Numbered from the whole stretch's first letter, positions 44,340-58,658 are shown. The stretch is 62,961 nucleotides of DNA, filler included, from Sphacelaria rigidula (GCA_964200075.2; 10 parts of 10 records of this genome joined end to end with filler, not necessarily neighbours in it), one strand, 5' to 3'. Notes: generated by a model not told the origin, from the letters alone. Numbers and translations are program-made.

Positions 44340-47300
44340 ATTTTCCATGTTCTGTACCACGTCTTAGGGGCACGTGTCGAGTGAGAAACGCGGCGGATTC
44401 ACCGGACGACCAGCCGCAAACCCTGACGGTAACAAGGCTGACACATTCAGCCGCGAAGTAGCAGCAGCAGCCCATTTCAGTTAACGTATGCATGCAAATG
44501 CACCAATTCGTGTGTATGAGTATAGATAACGTGCATTTCGTATACCACAATCTCGGAATCGCGTGCGGTGTCGTACACATCCACGAATCGGCAACGGTGG
44601 CAAACATGCGGCGAGATATTTCGGCTACTGGTTCTGTATCTGCATTTTTAAACTACGTGCTCACTTCCCTTCAACCGCGTCAGATCAACTCAGACAGTTT
44701 CAAAATTATGGTTTCATTTTTGCGATTTCGTTTGCTACATACAGCCGCCGGCACAACCACCCTAGAAGGGGCTGTCTCCCTCCGCGGCATGCAGAGGATT
44801 GGGAAAAAAAAGTTGGGATAACCTCTTCATCTTGCCCCCTCACGTCTTCCTGTCATCGGAGGATCTTGCTCTGATCATTGTGGTGGTATCCTGGGTTGCT
44901 GCTCTCGCCGATATAGGGTCCATTGCAAGAACAGCCGAACGTGTCTGAACACAAGATAACGCACGCGTCGACACATCATCCCGCAACCACCTACAGTTTC
45001 CGCTGCGCTCAGACAAAAAAAAATCGGGAACGTTTGGAAACGGCCGTTAACACCGTTAATTTCCTACAACAACAACAACGATGACAACAACAGCTGAGAC
45101 AGTAGGTGCACCAAAAGAATATGCCGCATCCTTCTCTGGATTTCAGCCACGGGATGTATCGTAGTAACTATATTTGATTGATCGAGTGCGCGTAATCTTG
45201 CGGACAAGTTACGTGCCCTTAGTTCTCACAGTAAACGGGTAAGGTGACTACTGTAGGAAAACGTGTCAGAACAGGGGACCTCTTCGTGTGTTCGATGGAT
45301 TCCTCTCGTGCGTCCTCTTCCTCCGGAAGAAAAATACTCTGCACCCGCTGGGGAACCGCCGAACAACTTGCACAAAGTCTTCGAGATGTACACCCACGCT
45401 TGATATATTTTATATCAATATATACCAAGTGGTATATAAATATATCTACATACAGGCTCGACATGAATGCGTCTCGAGGTTAAGATTAGCTAGATTATAG
45501 CCGGTCACTATTACGTGCTTGTCACGTGCATAGGTTCCCACGTCGTGAAGTCTTCTGGAAACCGCCTACATCGACACCTCCCTGGACCTGTGTATAACAC
45601 GTGGCACTGGCAACATATCATGCAGCAGAATTACAGCTACATCCTTGCTCTGTGACGCTGAAATCTCTCATGCATGCTGAACCGCCGGTATGAATCGTGA
45701 CGCATGTGAGAGGGATTCCGGAAACGGCGCATCTTGCTCTCGACCTCTGACAACTTGCTGCACGGACACTGCAGAGGGGTGGTCAAAATTGATCGCAAGT
45801 ATTGATCGCAAGTTCATGTTGCAAGATATCGGGTAGACCTATAATGTTTTGCTTTTGTTACGGTACTCGGCAGGGGTACCGTGCACCATCCTCACCTCTT
45901 GGAACCAGGGGTAAAGGTCACCTGTAACGCTATACCTCTGTTATGGTACTCGCCCGGGGTATCGAATACCGTCCCCACCTCTTGGAGCCGGGGGGGGGGC
46001 TCAAAGACAGCACTTGTGTTCCGAGATGTTTCTAATAATTCACCTGCGATCCATCTAGACCTCTATCCGGTGTGACAACATGGAACTTCGTCATGTATAT
46101 AGATTACTCACTTCGGTCAGCCTTTTTCCTGTCAAAAGTCCAACTCAAAAACATTACTACAGTCCCTGCGTCCTATCGTGAAGAGCTCTGCAAAACCGTA
46201 ACTGTTCTTCTCGTCCGGCACGAAAACCCTCCAGGAAGGGCGCCACAAAACACGTCATGTATTCCGAATTTAAAATAGTCCTACCGGATGAAGGTCTAGA
46301 TCCATCTGAGCTGGTGGAGCGAAGAAGTGATCGACCCTGCAAGTGGACTCAGGTCGTCAGCCATTTTCCAAATGGAAGTTGACGCCTCTTCAACAGATAC
46401 ACACCCGGACGGTCGACCGGTTGGACGACGAAGGCTCAGCAACCCTAATACAACCACTCGCTCGCTAGGGCTCGAGTCTTATTTTGTCAGTTGGGGGAGG
46501 GCGCTCAAAAGTCTCGAGTGCTCGTCCAGGGTGCGCGCAGCGTACCTGGAGGCGTCGATTTGAGCCAAATGACAGCACACTTTGCCCAGAGCACCTCTTG
46601 CGCATCGTTTGCTCGTGGCTTCTCGATCTGTCTTATGTCGGGGATTGGGTCAACCCTTGGACCGCGATGCGGGTGGTCCATCTAAATCATGCATACTTTT
46701 TTCAAGAAAAATGGATACCGATTCAGCGGGTGACCTACCGTCGCGGTCCAAGGGTTTAGGGTTAGCGTCATGTTCTGACAAAGAGTAACCATCGCCTATT
46801 CGCGAAGAACTGAGGTGCTATGAACCCGCCATGAACCCGCCTCCTCTATTGGGGGTACGTATGTGGCGTGATGTCGCACCGACCTAGTAGTCGGCGAAAC
46901 TAGAATCGCTTTTCTTGCGAAGCTCAACCTTTTCTCCCCGGGGAGGTCGGGACTTGGAGACTTTACGTTACACAAGGGCAATTCGAATTCGGGGTAAAGT
47001 TACTCCGCTTGCTATTTCATTGACACTTCAAATTGAGTGCTTTTGTGGCATTTACTGCAAAGGTACGGGTACATCAACCTCTGACGTGCTATATTCCCAA
47101 GCACGGATGAGATGGCGGCATGCGACCCGAATGACGGTCCAACTATGGACGAAGTGGGGAAGATCGTCCAACGGGGTGATGAAGTTGATTGAAAAATACT
47201 GAAGATCTCACGGCTCGAAGGCAGGTTTCAAAAATGGTGTAACTGGCACCTGAGATATGGACATGGTCAGCAATCTCGCGGTTGCAAGCCCCCCCCCTCC

Positions 47301-48200
47301 ACCTTGCCCTTATTCCGCTAAATGGCCCGACTTCACTTACGATATGCGTTTTCCCGACGATGGGGACGAGTCTGACCCCACTTCTCCGAATCGAAATAAT
47401 CGGGGGCGAGCTGGCTGGGGCCCACAAATTTCGAAAAGTTCTTACGACGAAATCAACAAGCCCGAGTCCAGGACGAACGATCCAGACGCGCCCGATCTGT
47501 GTGTCGCGTCTTCTACGGTATTCAATCGTAGGGTGCCTTCGATGACTGATTTCGAAGATCATCGTGCCGTGAACCAGCCCGATTCAACCTGTAATTCATC
47601 ATGCAGCTATGCTTTCAACGTTGCCATGCAGCTCAGTTGGTGACGTGAAATGGGACATGTGGCTTGATGGGCACATCAACGATCAAGTCTTGACAACGGG
47701 CGGGCACGACGACGCACAGCAATAAACTTCGCAGTGGACGGTTCCATCCAGCGCGCGTTGCGTGCTAGATCATAAATACACGCATCATGTACGATCGCGA
47801 TTGGGCAGCCACGTTCGTAAAATCCGTATATGAATGGACACATCGACACAAGCTAGAGCAAACTCTGGAACCCGCTAGATGCCGCGTGCCCACCGATGCA
47901 GTTTAGCTGCTGCACTTACGGTCAACGATTCAACGTAAGGAGCGCCTGCAGCCAAGCCGATTGTTATGACTCCAGCCTGAAAAGTCACGTGTTCTTCTCA
48001 CCTGGTGCTGGTCCACGCAGAAATACCTCACACGCTCAGTAGACTCCAAGCAGTTCCTAATATATCCTGCAGAGTACAATTCTTAGGTTCAGCTGGCTCG
48101 AGGCAGCATCCCTGCCCCAGTACCGGGGGCTTTCAACGTGTATCCGAGATCAGGATTATCTTATCCTCCAAGTTGACATGATCACATTTTCTTACAAATG
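44340..48200 (-). pseudogene. Probable decayed multi-exon gene, unidentified
   Basis: A series of AG..GT-bounded minus-strand blocks (~44845-44945, 46285-46545, 47080-47250, 47445-47588) with protein-like frames, several broken by isolated stops. Confidence 0.3.
46654..46754. mobile_element. 101-bp piggyBac-like MITE
   Basis: TCAA|CCCTTGGACCGCGA ... TCGCGGTCCAAGGG|TTTA with a perfect 14-bp TIR. Confidence 0.8.
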
Positions 48201-48939
48201 GGCAATCAGGCCCGTGAGTCGTAAGTTTTGAGAGACCAATTTTCCTCCTGATATCTCGGAGATAAATTACCACCAAGATTTTCTATGATTTCTATTGATG
48301 ATCCGACTAATTCGAGTGGCTTGGTGTATACTTTTAAACGCGTAGTGGATAATCACTGCCAGCGGTAGGTATCCAAGGGTTTCAAGACCAACGGGTATCT
48401 AGACATACCTTGGACCTAAATAAGGCAGAAAAAAACTGTACATGATTGTATCAACGAGCACGCTTCCGGTTGCATTTACAGAAAGTCGGGAGACAAACGG
48501 TTAGACGAAAGAAAGCGGCCATTGGACAATAGAGCTACAGAGCTACATGTGTTCATCATCGGCGCATGTTTGTCTTCTAGCACGACGGGTGAGTTGCCTG
48601 TATGGCGGTACTACACGCTTGAGTCCCCAAAACAAGCCAGGACGAGAGTTTGCACTCTGCGGGCAGATTCAGGATTGGACGCGCCCATCAAGCGCCGCTG
48701 CGGTGTGCAACTTCTGCCCTGATGGTACTGGCAATAGTACCGGGTGCATGCGCCTCATCACCTCCCCAACAGCTCATAGTTGTCAACGTTATCATATTTC
48801 CGGTTCCATCAATAGTAAATAATACACGTCTGTAGATATCCTTCGCTTTTAGCCTCTCTTCGTATTTCCCCCTGTATCCACTTTACTCCCCACGTGACAT
48901 GACCCGCAATCCTCCGTCCTTGATACATGCGCTGTAACA

Positions 48940-48971
<32 letters not shown>

Positions 48972-50351
48972 ACTCAGGGGGGGCGCCACCTCGACCGATT
49001 GCCTAGCGCTGCGGCATCAGGCATGTTACGGACTCGTGTGCAAAGGTGCAGCTGGAGCAGTAATTCTATTACGGGCAACCCGGCAGACTCGCACGGGCTA
49101 CCGTCGGCGTTTCCCTGGCGCGAGACTCCTCACAGTGGCATTTCGGGGGTAGTGGACAGAGTGTTGCACGAGGTCATGCTATACAGCAAGAGCGGCCGGA
49201 TGCCCTTCCTCAGCGACCCGTCGTTCTTGGTAAGTTGAAGGATGCTCATAATTTTATCTCCCTCCTCTTTTTTTGAGTTTGCATCTGTCTTTCCGATATG
49301 TGTTTGCGTCCGTGTCTGTGTGTCTTGTGTGTGTCATTCGGTCTATGTGTGCCGTCACTGGTGTGATGCAGAGTGATGTGATATGATTTTCGTGTACAGT
49401 AGAGTTGTGAACTGGTTTGGCTAACCATTTAACTAGTTGCAAAAAATTACCACCAGTTACAGTTATCAATTAAAAGTGGATAACTGACGGCGAAGTCGCC
49501 CCGCGACTCCGCCAGCGTTACCTGGCAAGGCAGCGCGGCGGAGTCGCGTAAACGCCCCCCCCCCCGGCTAGTGAGGGGGCCCCGCCGGAGGCACCGCCGC
49601 AGGCAAGAAAATTACGCCATTTGGCTTCATATCTCTTCAAAACCGCGGTGAATTCTAGCCTCCTAGCGCCAGCAATTCGAGCACGTGATCGGCGCATAAA
49701 AATATGCATGGAGGAAAAGGAAATATCACTCAACTTTGCGACGTGAATTCAAAAAACGAAACGGTGAGACAGTAGTGCAGCATACATGGCGTTACGTGTG
49801 TACCACCCAAGCGCCAAGAGCTACTAGTAGCACGACAACTTGGTAACGTTATTGAGTGTGACTTCATCAGCCTAGGAAATTTAACAGAAATCTCGATCTT
49901 CCTCATGCCTTGGTATCACACTGACCAGCCACCACTGAACGCTGAACGCTTGATGCTGACAGAATGAAGTAAAGTAAACACAACGACGCTATGAAACGCA
50001 AGTCTTGCTTCACATTTCACATCCGCTCAATCAGCACCTGCTGTCCTTGCCCAATCTCTATTTTTTCGTGTATTAGAATGCATTGTCTGCGATATTCGTG
50101 TCTACGTCTAGGTGTGTGCGCTGTGCGGTCATGTACTCGCCCCTGTAACAGCGTCCCCGCGTTCATTATAGTACGACAATACTTCAGAAATGGTGATTTG
50201 AGTATGACACATGTGTACACAGAAACCTTTTGAGTATGACACACATGTCGGGTGAAATAACTGGTTCAAGAACTGGTTACCAGTGTTGTGAACCGAAAAC
50301 CGAAAATTCGGTTTTCGGTCGGTTTTTCGGTCGGTTTTTGCCAACCGAAAC

Positions 50352-50451
50352 NNNNNNNNNNNNNNNNNNNNNNNNNNNNNNNNNNNNNNNNNNNNTTAAT
50401 TAATTAANNNNNNNNNNNNNNNNNNNNNNNNNNNNNNNNNNNNNNNNNNNN
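50352..50451. other. Artificial contig spacer
   Basis: N44-TTAATTAATTAA-N44. Confidence 0.99.
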
Positions 50452-51718
50452 AGCCACAAGCGGCGGGCGGCCCGCCGGTCGCAGCATCCTGTTGGAAGCT
50501 CTCTACCGCGACACATAATGCTTGCTACATCAGACGTACACCACCTAATGCGCACCCTGCACCTGAAAATAGACTAGATAAAACTTTCGGTCTTCGTCAT
50601 AACCCTGCAGTTACATGTGCGGATTTTCAGCAACACGCCACTGTTTCGTTTAGACGCCAGACACGTCATGACTCACCAGCTTCGTTGGTCGTTCTGGAGG
50701 CCCGGTCCCAAAAGGGTTAAGTGGGTGGGTCCAGTGAAAGACATGATTGGGGCTTCGGTGCCATGTGGTTTCAGCGAAAGTGGGCCAACGACTTTGTGTC
50801 GTCCTGGCGCAGTATACTTTCCCATTCGGAAGCGTGAGTCGGTCAATCTCGATCTTGGTGTGAGAACCGAAATCCGGATCTTTCATGGGGGCTGTGCTCC
50901 GAGCATTCTACTAGCGTCCCTGAACGCGTTCCTGTCTAAATCGGCGCCCCAGGCGCCGATTCGAGGTCTAGCAACGCACCCTTCGCCTACGAAACACGTT
51001 GCACCCGCCTTGCCGGATGGTTCTCGGTATGCCTTCGTTAGGGCCAGTGTTATAATTTGTTCTCTCCGCTGCTGCGAGATCGCGAAGATAATTCTTGCTT
51101 CTGGGGACTCGGTCCAAGGTTCAAATTCTGCAACATTCCACATATCCGATGTATCAACCATCTGCACTATCGCAAGTCATTCATGGGTGTCATCTATTCC
51201 GAGGCCGTTACGCGGGGGTGAGGTTTTCGCGTTTTGTCGAGACCAGCGAGGGTTGGGGGTGCGTATTTGCGATCACAGCCCAATCTGGTCCAGAGAATAC
51301 TCATCGCCACGGCCATCGATTGGGATGCGACTTTTTGCATCATCTGCGCCAAGACGACAGCTACAATTATGCTGGTTGAATTTTTTAATTTCATCAGGAT
51401 GCGAGTTTTATAACGAATTAAGTGAAAAAAACATAGTTTTTTTGCGATTTTCTCAATCACCGTAACGTCTTAGGTAAAATCAACCCGTGAAATTGTAGCT
51501 AGGGCAAATACACGCCGGTGAGTAGCCGAGCCACGCCGTGGTTTGCCCTCCGGAACAAGAAAACTTCAAAAGCGTGCAATGGAAACCCTACTCAAATCAC
51601 GAGTACTTTGAGGTATTTTGCGGCGTGCATAGTCAGAGGATGAACGTCATCTCCGGTCTGTTCGTGCTTTTGGTCGGTGACTTTTTTTGGGCTCATTTTG
51701 GGGGGTCAGGCGCGCCCA

Positions 51719-52230
51719 TGACAGTGTCAGACTGTTGCGGGATCTTCAATTTGCGGCTCGGAAACAAAGACGGGCACCGACCGGATTCCGGATTGGAGGA
51801 AGAACGCCTGAATCGGATGGATGGCATAGACTGCACAATCTATGTACAATTTGAAGGCATTTTACCGAGCAGTGAAACCTGGAAGATGATCATGGCCTTT
51901 CAACTCATGAAGAAAAAATATATGTTTGGTTCCATGAAAATATTTTCAATTGTGCCCTATTCATTGTCCGTACCAAATTTTGGGGTCCAACTCTAAAAAA
52001 TCAAGCGAGAATGGGCCTGCCAACTGCAAGCCCGCTTCTAGGCTGGCCCAGCTCGTAGTGCTGGTCTAAAATGAACATGAATGCAACAGCGAGGATCAGA
52101 GGAGGACATTTGATTGTACAGTCTATGCCATCCGATTAAGTCGTTCTTCCGCCAATCCGAAATCCGGTCGGTGCCGTTCTTTGTTGCCGAGCCGCAAATT
52201 GCAGATCCCGCAACAGTCTGACGCTGTCAC
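51719..52230. mobile_element. ~510-bp element with ~120-bp inverted terminal arms
   Basis: 51719-51841 (GTCAGACTGTTGCGGGATC..ATGGCATAGACTG) is the reverse complement of 52111-52230. Confidence 0.8.
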
Positions 52231-55200
52231 CACGTGACGCCGTGCGCGCGTGTATGTCGGCAATATATTCACACATGCTCGTTGGATCTTTGTGAGCTCC
52301 GGCACACAAGCACCCTGTATGCATAGTTGGATATCCCGAGTCCTCGGGCCAACTATCGTAGGAGGCTACACTCTCTTGGTCGTTAGGTTTCGGCCTTTTT
52401 TGGTGGGAGGGGGATTAAACCGAACATAGCTATGGTTGTGACTGCTCGGCGTATCTTCTGCTGAGCCAGCTGTACGTTCACCACTTCACCAAAAAGGATC
52501 AACAGGTGAACAAAAAAGGGTAATGGATCATTTTTTAGCAGAAGGCAGGGTGTACCCTCCTGGTTTGTTTACAAAAAGGGTGCTCTCACAGGCTCTCATT
52601 TTTGGCACCATACTTCAGCCTAGTAACACTTATTAAATGAAAGAAATGGTCGGGCATGCTGCCCAGATACCTTGAGCGTGGGGCTAAGGCACTGGAACGT
52701 GTTTTCGAGGTGTTCAGCCGACGTGCAGCGCCGCGCCCCAAAGCGAAAAATGCGTCACCCTTCTTTGTTCCAAAAGCATCACCCTTTACGTATATTGCCA
52801 ATTTTTTTTATATGGCACGCCCTGGAACATTGGAAATGCATAATCCATTCGGTTGCCAGCATTTTGTTCTTGCCCCAGAGCACTTCCGCGATTGTCTAGG
52901 CTATCTGTTCCGGAAGCAGTTTCGATGTGGATCTTTCAACGCATGCGGCGAACTGGCAGGTCTGACAGTCCCGCGGATTGTGTGCATGAGTATAACTTTG
53001 TGTGGCATTGTCACTCAAACACCAGTACTTGACTACTCTTCACGAAATACTCCTCTTTCGCTGCCAAACTTGGGCCGCAGTTGAAGCGATTGAACCGATT
53101 TAATCGGTGTAACCGCCGGGATAATGCCTCCTTCCTCGGTTAAACCGAAACAAGTATTATTTTCTCCAGGTTTCCCGACAACCGGGTATGACCGGTTCTG
53201 TTTTCAACGGTGCCCACCACTAGTTACAACCTGACTTTTTTGCACGTGGTTTGTAAGCAACTCACCCCACACATTCATATTGTGACCTTTTCTTGTAACA
53301 TTGTGGCCGAGATCCGAGCAATCCATTTTCTTCGTAGGGCCGCTTCGTAGCAAACGAAAACCACCAAGAAATATTTTTGTTGTCACTTTTTACCCCAAAA
53401 AAATTGTCTGACCACTTCTTGCGGAAGAAAAAACGCCCAGCAAATACTCAAATTAATTTCAAAGACGAAACATCTACGATCCCAGGCGAAAGTTCAAATT
53501 ATTCTCTGAGCAGCGAGCCCAAACAAACATTTTGTCGACAAAAAAGCCGCATACCACCTCCCTGTACCTCAGCTTTCTCTCTTGTCTCCCACACACCCTA
53601 CCCCTCAGTACACCAAAATAAATAAATCTCAAAGGCCGACACTCATCCGATGATGGACTCTTTATGGTTGCACTGGTCACCACGGCGAGCAACCTGAAAA
53701 TCATGGTGTTCGAGGCCAGCGAAGCACTGCACATGCGTGGTGGTATGTATGCTCTCTATGCAGACACCGACGATTGTAGATGTAGCAGCTGCTTGCTATC
53801 GAGGGGTGCTACTAGATCATACTACTGTACTGTTCTACATGGGACGACAAATACAGCACGTGGTGCAGACCATCTAGACTATCCAGACGACAGCGGTTGT
53901 AGTAGTAATGTTCCTGTATCGTACGACATATCAACTGTACAACAGAGCACGAGCACTGCACAGTACGTGGAATAGTATAATGGATACTATATACACCACA
54001 CAGACAGTACCACTGTCGTCTGCTGTACTGTACCGTTCAGTCTGTACAGACAATGGTAGACGCAGTAGTAGCGTTCCTGTGTCGTAGTACCACTCACTGT
54101 ACAGCAGAGCAAGTGTTTGTACTGTACAGTAGGTTGAAGATGACAGCAGTAGTGGTGTGCCTGTATCGTACTATTAATATATTGTCCGTACATTTTAAGG
54201 GTCGGACAAATTGATGATATGCCTGGAAATTACTTGATTTTAGTGTAATCGATTCGTACCGTACGGATCGATCCTTAAGCTATGTTTTCAGCGTTGCAAG
54301 CTAGGTACGCGTAAGCCAGGCACGTGGAATGGCGCAAAAGTTGCGTGGAGACCTGTTTGACCAGCGTTCGACTTTTTCTCTCTTTCGAGCAATCAGGCTG
54401 AAGAAATCGTGGATTTGATTATTCGAACCTGTGATGATTCGTGCGAACCGTGGTACATTTGTAAGTGGTGATATTGTTTTTATCATCTCGGCCGTCATAC
54501 CTGTGCACCTTCGCATCCCAAGCAGCATATCATTTCCTACATTCAATAGTCACCATGCATACAGACGCAATTGATTTAGTTTCACACGTTCAAGCCCTTC
54601 CTTGCGTGTAATCGGAATACTGCGATATCCAACAACACGCTGTTTTCTGTCCGGAAACACTGTTTCCCGCGCAATATCGCGGTTGTGGGCGGTTGTAACT
54701 ACGTTATCGCATGCGCACGACAGGGTTCATATTTTAAAAGTCAGCTGAAACGCCTTCCAGGACGCTGCAACTCTCGGCATTTTTTTTTGCCGCGATAAGA
54801 AGTGGTCATACAAACGATGAGCTACTTTTTGGGACCGAAAAAATGACAAGGAATATTTTTATTGTGATGATATCTGTTTTGCCGTGAGCAGGGGCCGAAG
54901 TCAGCGAAAATAATGAAGAAGAGGTCTGGTTTCGACTTTATCGGGGAGTTCCTTGGGGATCACGTGTCAAAAGCTTCAGGTTCCAACTCGATTTTGGGTA
55001 GTGCGGAGCGATATTAGCTACATTCCGGCCTCTTGGCCGGCCCAGCGTATCATGGTTGAGAGAGCGGATTTGGATTTCTCGTAGGCCACATCCGCCGAAC
55101 GCTCAGCAGCAAATAGCCGCTGATGGAAGCAGAAGTTTGTGGGAAAGACACCCGCCGCAGTTCGATGCGTATTGACTATGTTCGTTAGCGTGCGATATCC

Positions 55201-55235
55201 CTGGCCAATGAAGCTCTTCGGCTGTTGGGGCCAAG

Positions 55236-55525
55236 AGGGTGTGTGTACTCATGAGCTTGCATGCCGTAGTCATTGACCGTTGACCATTAACGTCGCATCC
55301 CCACAAAGCCAGGTCGGTACACGCCGGATTTTCGCCGGACCAGGCTCGCAATCAATCACCAAGCGCGAAGTGCCTTCATGTATTCGGCGAGTCGCATGAA
55401 GAGTGAGTTGCATCCTACTAAGATTGTTCGGCCCGTAAGTGTACTGATAATCTTTCATTTGGATGACAGCCTCCAATGAGTTGCTTCATTTTCTGGTATT
55501 GCCACTTCCGGAGATAGTCACAGCT
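55236..55525 (-). mobile_element. Oligo-C retroposon (subfamily A) copy
   Basis: The reverse complement aligns with 12955-13230. Confidence 0.75.
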
Positions 55526-55758
55526 ATTGGGGCTAGAGGGGGAGGATTTGACCAACCTCCGGCCCGGAATCAATACACCACCATACCACACTCACACCCG
55601 CCGCCCGCAGCAAGTCCACGCCCCCACCCCCCAAATACGCCACGCCCTTCTGCTGTTCAGCGACGACCAATTGTGTGTGATACCCACATGCATCTACTGC
55701 AGCTGGGGCGATCACGGTTCCTGTTGTTGCAGATGCAGGTCTCACGTACGGAGAGGGT

Positions 55759-55831
55759 GTGTTTCTATTCTAAGCGTGTAGAATAGGAGATTTCGAGAGA
55801 AACCTATTCTACACGCTTAGAATAGAAACAC
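55759..55831. repeat. Perfect 29-bp inverted repeat with 15-nt loop (mini-MITE/hairpin)
   Basis: GTGTTTCTATTCTAAGCGTGTAGAATAGG / CCTATTCTACACGCTTAGAATAGAAACAC. Confidence 0.9.
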
Positions 55832-56656
55832 CTGCTGTCGACTCCAACGCTGTCCACGAGGACACAAATCAGACTCGGTCATGAGCGCTATGACAGGTCT
55901 ACACGGACACAGCAGCAAGCAACTCTTCAAAGCTGGAAGTACTCTCCGAGAAATCCCACGTACAGAAACAAACGGGCTGCTTCCGTAAGGACTCGTCTCA
56001 TGTGTCTACATATGCTATTCTTATTCATTATGTTTGTCCGCATTCCGCGTCTCTGGACGCAGGTGCAACAATTACGAGACCTGAGAGCGCACCATTCCTC
56101 CGAAGTCCGACGCACCAGCGGCCAGTATTTGATTCTTCCGTTTCTCTGTGACGGTCAACCACTCCTACTTTTTCTTGAAAATTGCGCTTTCGCCGATTTA
56201 TTCATTCAGAATTTCACAATTTTTCGCGACTTCGCCACCACTGACTACTCTACCCCTCTGTCGGAATTTCACTTTCTCGGCCGCTTCGACCACTGACAAC
56301 TCTACCTCTCTCCGACTATCGTACTCTTTTCTCTTGCCACTTCGGCACCATCTCACGAATGACTTCGCCAGCCGTTTGCGCGGAATTTACCCTGGAATCA
56401 GTGACATTTCCAGCCGTTTGACCTCCTTTCGCGCCCAGTGACGCTCCCGGCCCTTTGACTACCGTTTCGCAATATTTAATTCTTCCGCTTCTCTGTGATC
56501 ACTACAGGTTTTTTCTGTTTCCTTTCTACGGACTTGAAAATAATTTTTCGTTTTGTCTTCAGCCCATCTCGAGTCTCCTTCCCGACCGTCCGCACCTCTC
56601 TCGCTGTTGGCGACACCTACCTCTCTACTTCTCCACCACTACCCAACTTGCCTCCT

Positions 56657-56756
56657 NNNNNNNNNNNNNNNNNNNNNNNNNNNNNNNNNNNNNNNNNNNN
56701 TTAATTAATTAANNNNNNNNNNNNNNNNNNNNNNNNNNNNNNNNNNNNNNNNNNNN
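56657..56756. other. Artificial contig spacer
   Basis: N44-TTAATTAATTAA-N44. Confidence 0.99.
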
Positions 56757-56965
56757 CCAGCCAGCGACGGGGAGGGGTTTTTACAAGGTGATCGCCTCGG
56801 CCACTATCGATCATCCCACAGAAAAAAAAAAAAACTGGACACCCTAAACCCTTTTAGCCCCTCCCTTCCCCTTCCCACTGTAGTGTAGAGTAGTGTAGCG
56901 TAGTGTGTGGAAGGAACGTAATGAGCACCTAAATGTTGGAGGTGTCTGTATGGGGAGTAGGAACG

Positions 56966-57048
56966 GCGCTCCGTTTCGAAAGGGATGCATGGTCAGCGGC
57001 CGAACGACTAAGGCAAGCAACAAATGAGTACGCACCCCCCCCCCCTCC
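56966..57048 (+). mobile_element. Oligo-C retroposon fragment (subfamily B)
   Basis: GCTCCGTTTCGAAAGGGATGCATGGTC..GACTAAGGCAAGCAACAAATGAGTACGCA followed by a C-run. Confidence 0.7.
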
Positions 57049-58658
57049 TCGGGACGAGTCCGTGGTCTCAAGAGATCCTCAAATCGTCTCTCCCGGGTAC
57101 AAGCCAACAGCTTTGAGGCCAGAAGTGTCTCAAGAGCCAGGTGCCTTTCATTCTTCGGCGAACGGACAAAGCGAAACAGCAATTTTGATATGAAACAGGC
57201 AGCAAGAACGATTCAATCGAAGCGAAACAAGAGCCACCTCTGCTGATACGGCAAAACTCCGTCAAGTACAGAAGAAGCCAACGACTAAAAAAAACCCCGA
57301 GGATCCTGGCTGGTGGCTACCACAGGATCCTCCATTTCATCAACACACGTGGCCAATCGGCTCTCCCTAAAAATTACTCCAGCATGTATTATATACATAC
57401 ACATACTCGCGGAGCGTCCAGATAAGCATACGGCATGCGAAAGCTCTAGGGTGCAAACATTTCTCTGGAGTCACTTGCCACAAGGCTTGCACCTCGAGAG
57501 AACCCGAGAAAAAAAAAAATCCTCGAGCGGGTCGGGATTGCTCGCGAGTATACGGTATGTAAAACCTCTAAAGGGCACATATTCCCCTGGAGGTAAATCT
57601 AGCACTCCAGAGGATTGCAGAGGACTGCAGATACGAGTAAGCAACAGCGTCCAAAGCAGAGTTTCACGCAATAGTTTTGAGACGTGAAATAATATTACGC
57701 TGGACGGGAGCCGATTGGCCACGTGTGAGAGGTCTCCCCCGACATTCTACGTGATGACCTTGACGGTTCCACATAAACACTGTACTACTGTGGCTACTGG
57801 CTGTTGTACATGAGCGCTGCAGGCACTGCGCCAAGTTGACAGTGGCTTTTAATGGGTTTGACCCCCACACCATTTGAACACCGAAGCCATGTGGCAGAGA
57901 CCGACCATTCCCTTCTTTTCTCTTCCTTTCTTTTCGTTTTTTCACGTCTTAGTCTACTACGGTGTTCTGTTCTACTTGTTGTTGTTGTTGTTGTTGTTGT
58001 TGTCTTCACATTAAAAACCGTTCCGATATCTGCGCGGTACATTCGTGGTGGGCATCTGATGCGGACGCCTTCCGCGGTCACAGGCTATGATAGCTACCTA
58101 TAATAAGGTATGGGGAAATCAAACAAAACAGAAAAACAAACAAACAAAGACCTGGGTTAAAGCTTACAAACGGTGAGCTGTCTTAATCGTGTAGCGTACA
58201 AGGCAATATCACCCGTAGAGACATGTGCCCGCGGTTGTCTTGAGTGCTCAAGCACGCAGAGACGAATCGCCACGAGCTAGCGGCGAAAGCATCAGCTGCG
58301 AGCCATGAGAGCCACTGTACAGATAGCTGTTGCTCCATCTATCACCGATTACCCTTGTTGTGCTTGTCGTGAGAGTCGCCGCCGCAAGCGACTACGCAAC
58401 CCACAAGAGCGACTGTACATGTAACTGTTGCTCGATGTTTGACGGTAATCCAATCCAATTCCATGGAGCCGCAGGCCAAAGTGACCATACATACAGCTTT
58501 TGCTCTTTTATATAACCGATCACCGTTGTTGTGCTTGTTGTGAGAGTCGGCGGGTATTGTGTGAGGTACAAATAATCTGTGAGCAGTGTCAGGTGCAAGC
58601 AATAATCGGTGAGCTGGGTTGACGGCCTGTCTAGTCTGTCTAATCAGTATGTAATTAA

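Noticed and set aside
50617..51465. 282-aa plus-strand ORF
   Set aside because: No motif or codon bias. It looks like the antisense shadow of a decayed minus-strand coding block and spans a MITE end (..AAAGGGTTAA at ~50711-50720).
52580..53085. MULE-like transposase remnant on the minus strand
   Set aside because: Protein-like but broken, with no diagnostic motif I can name.
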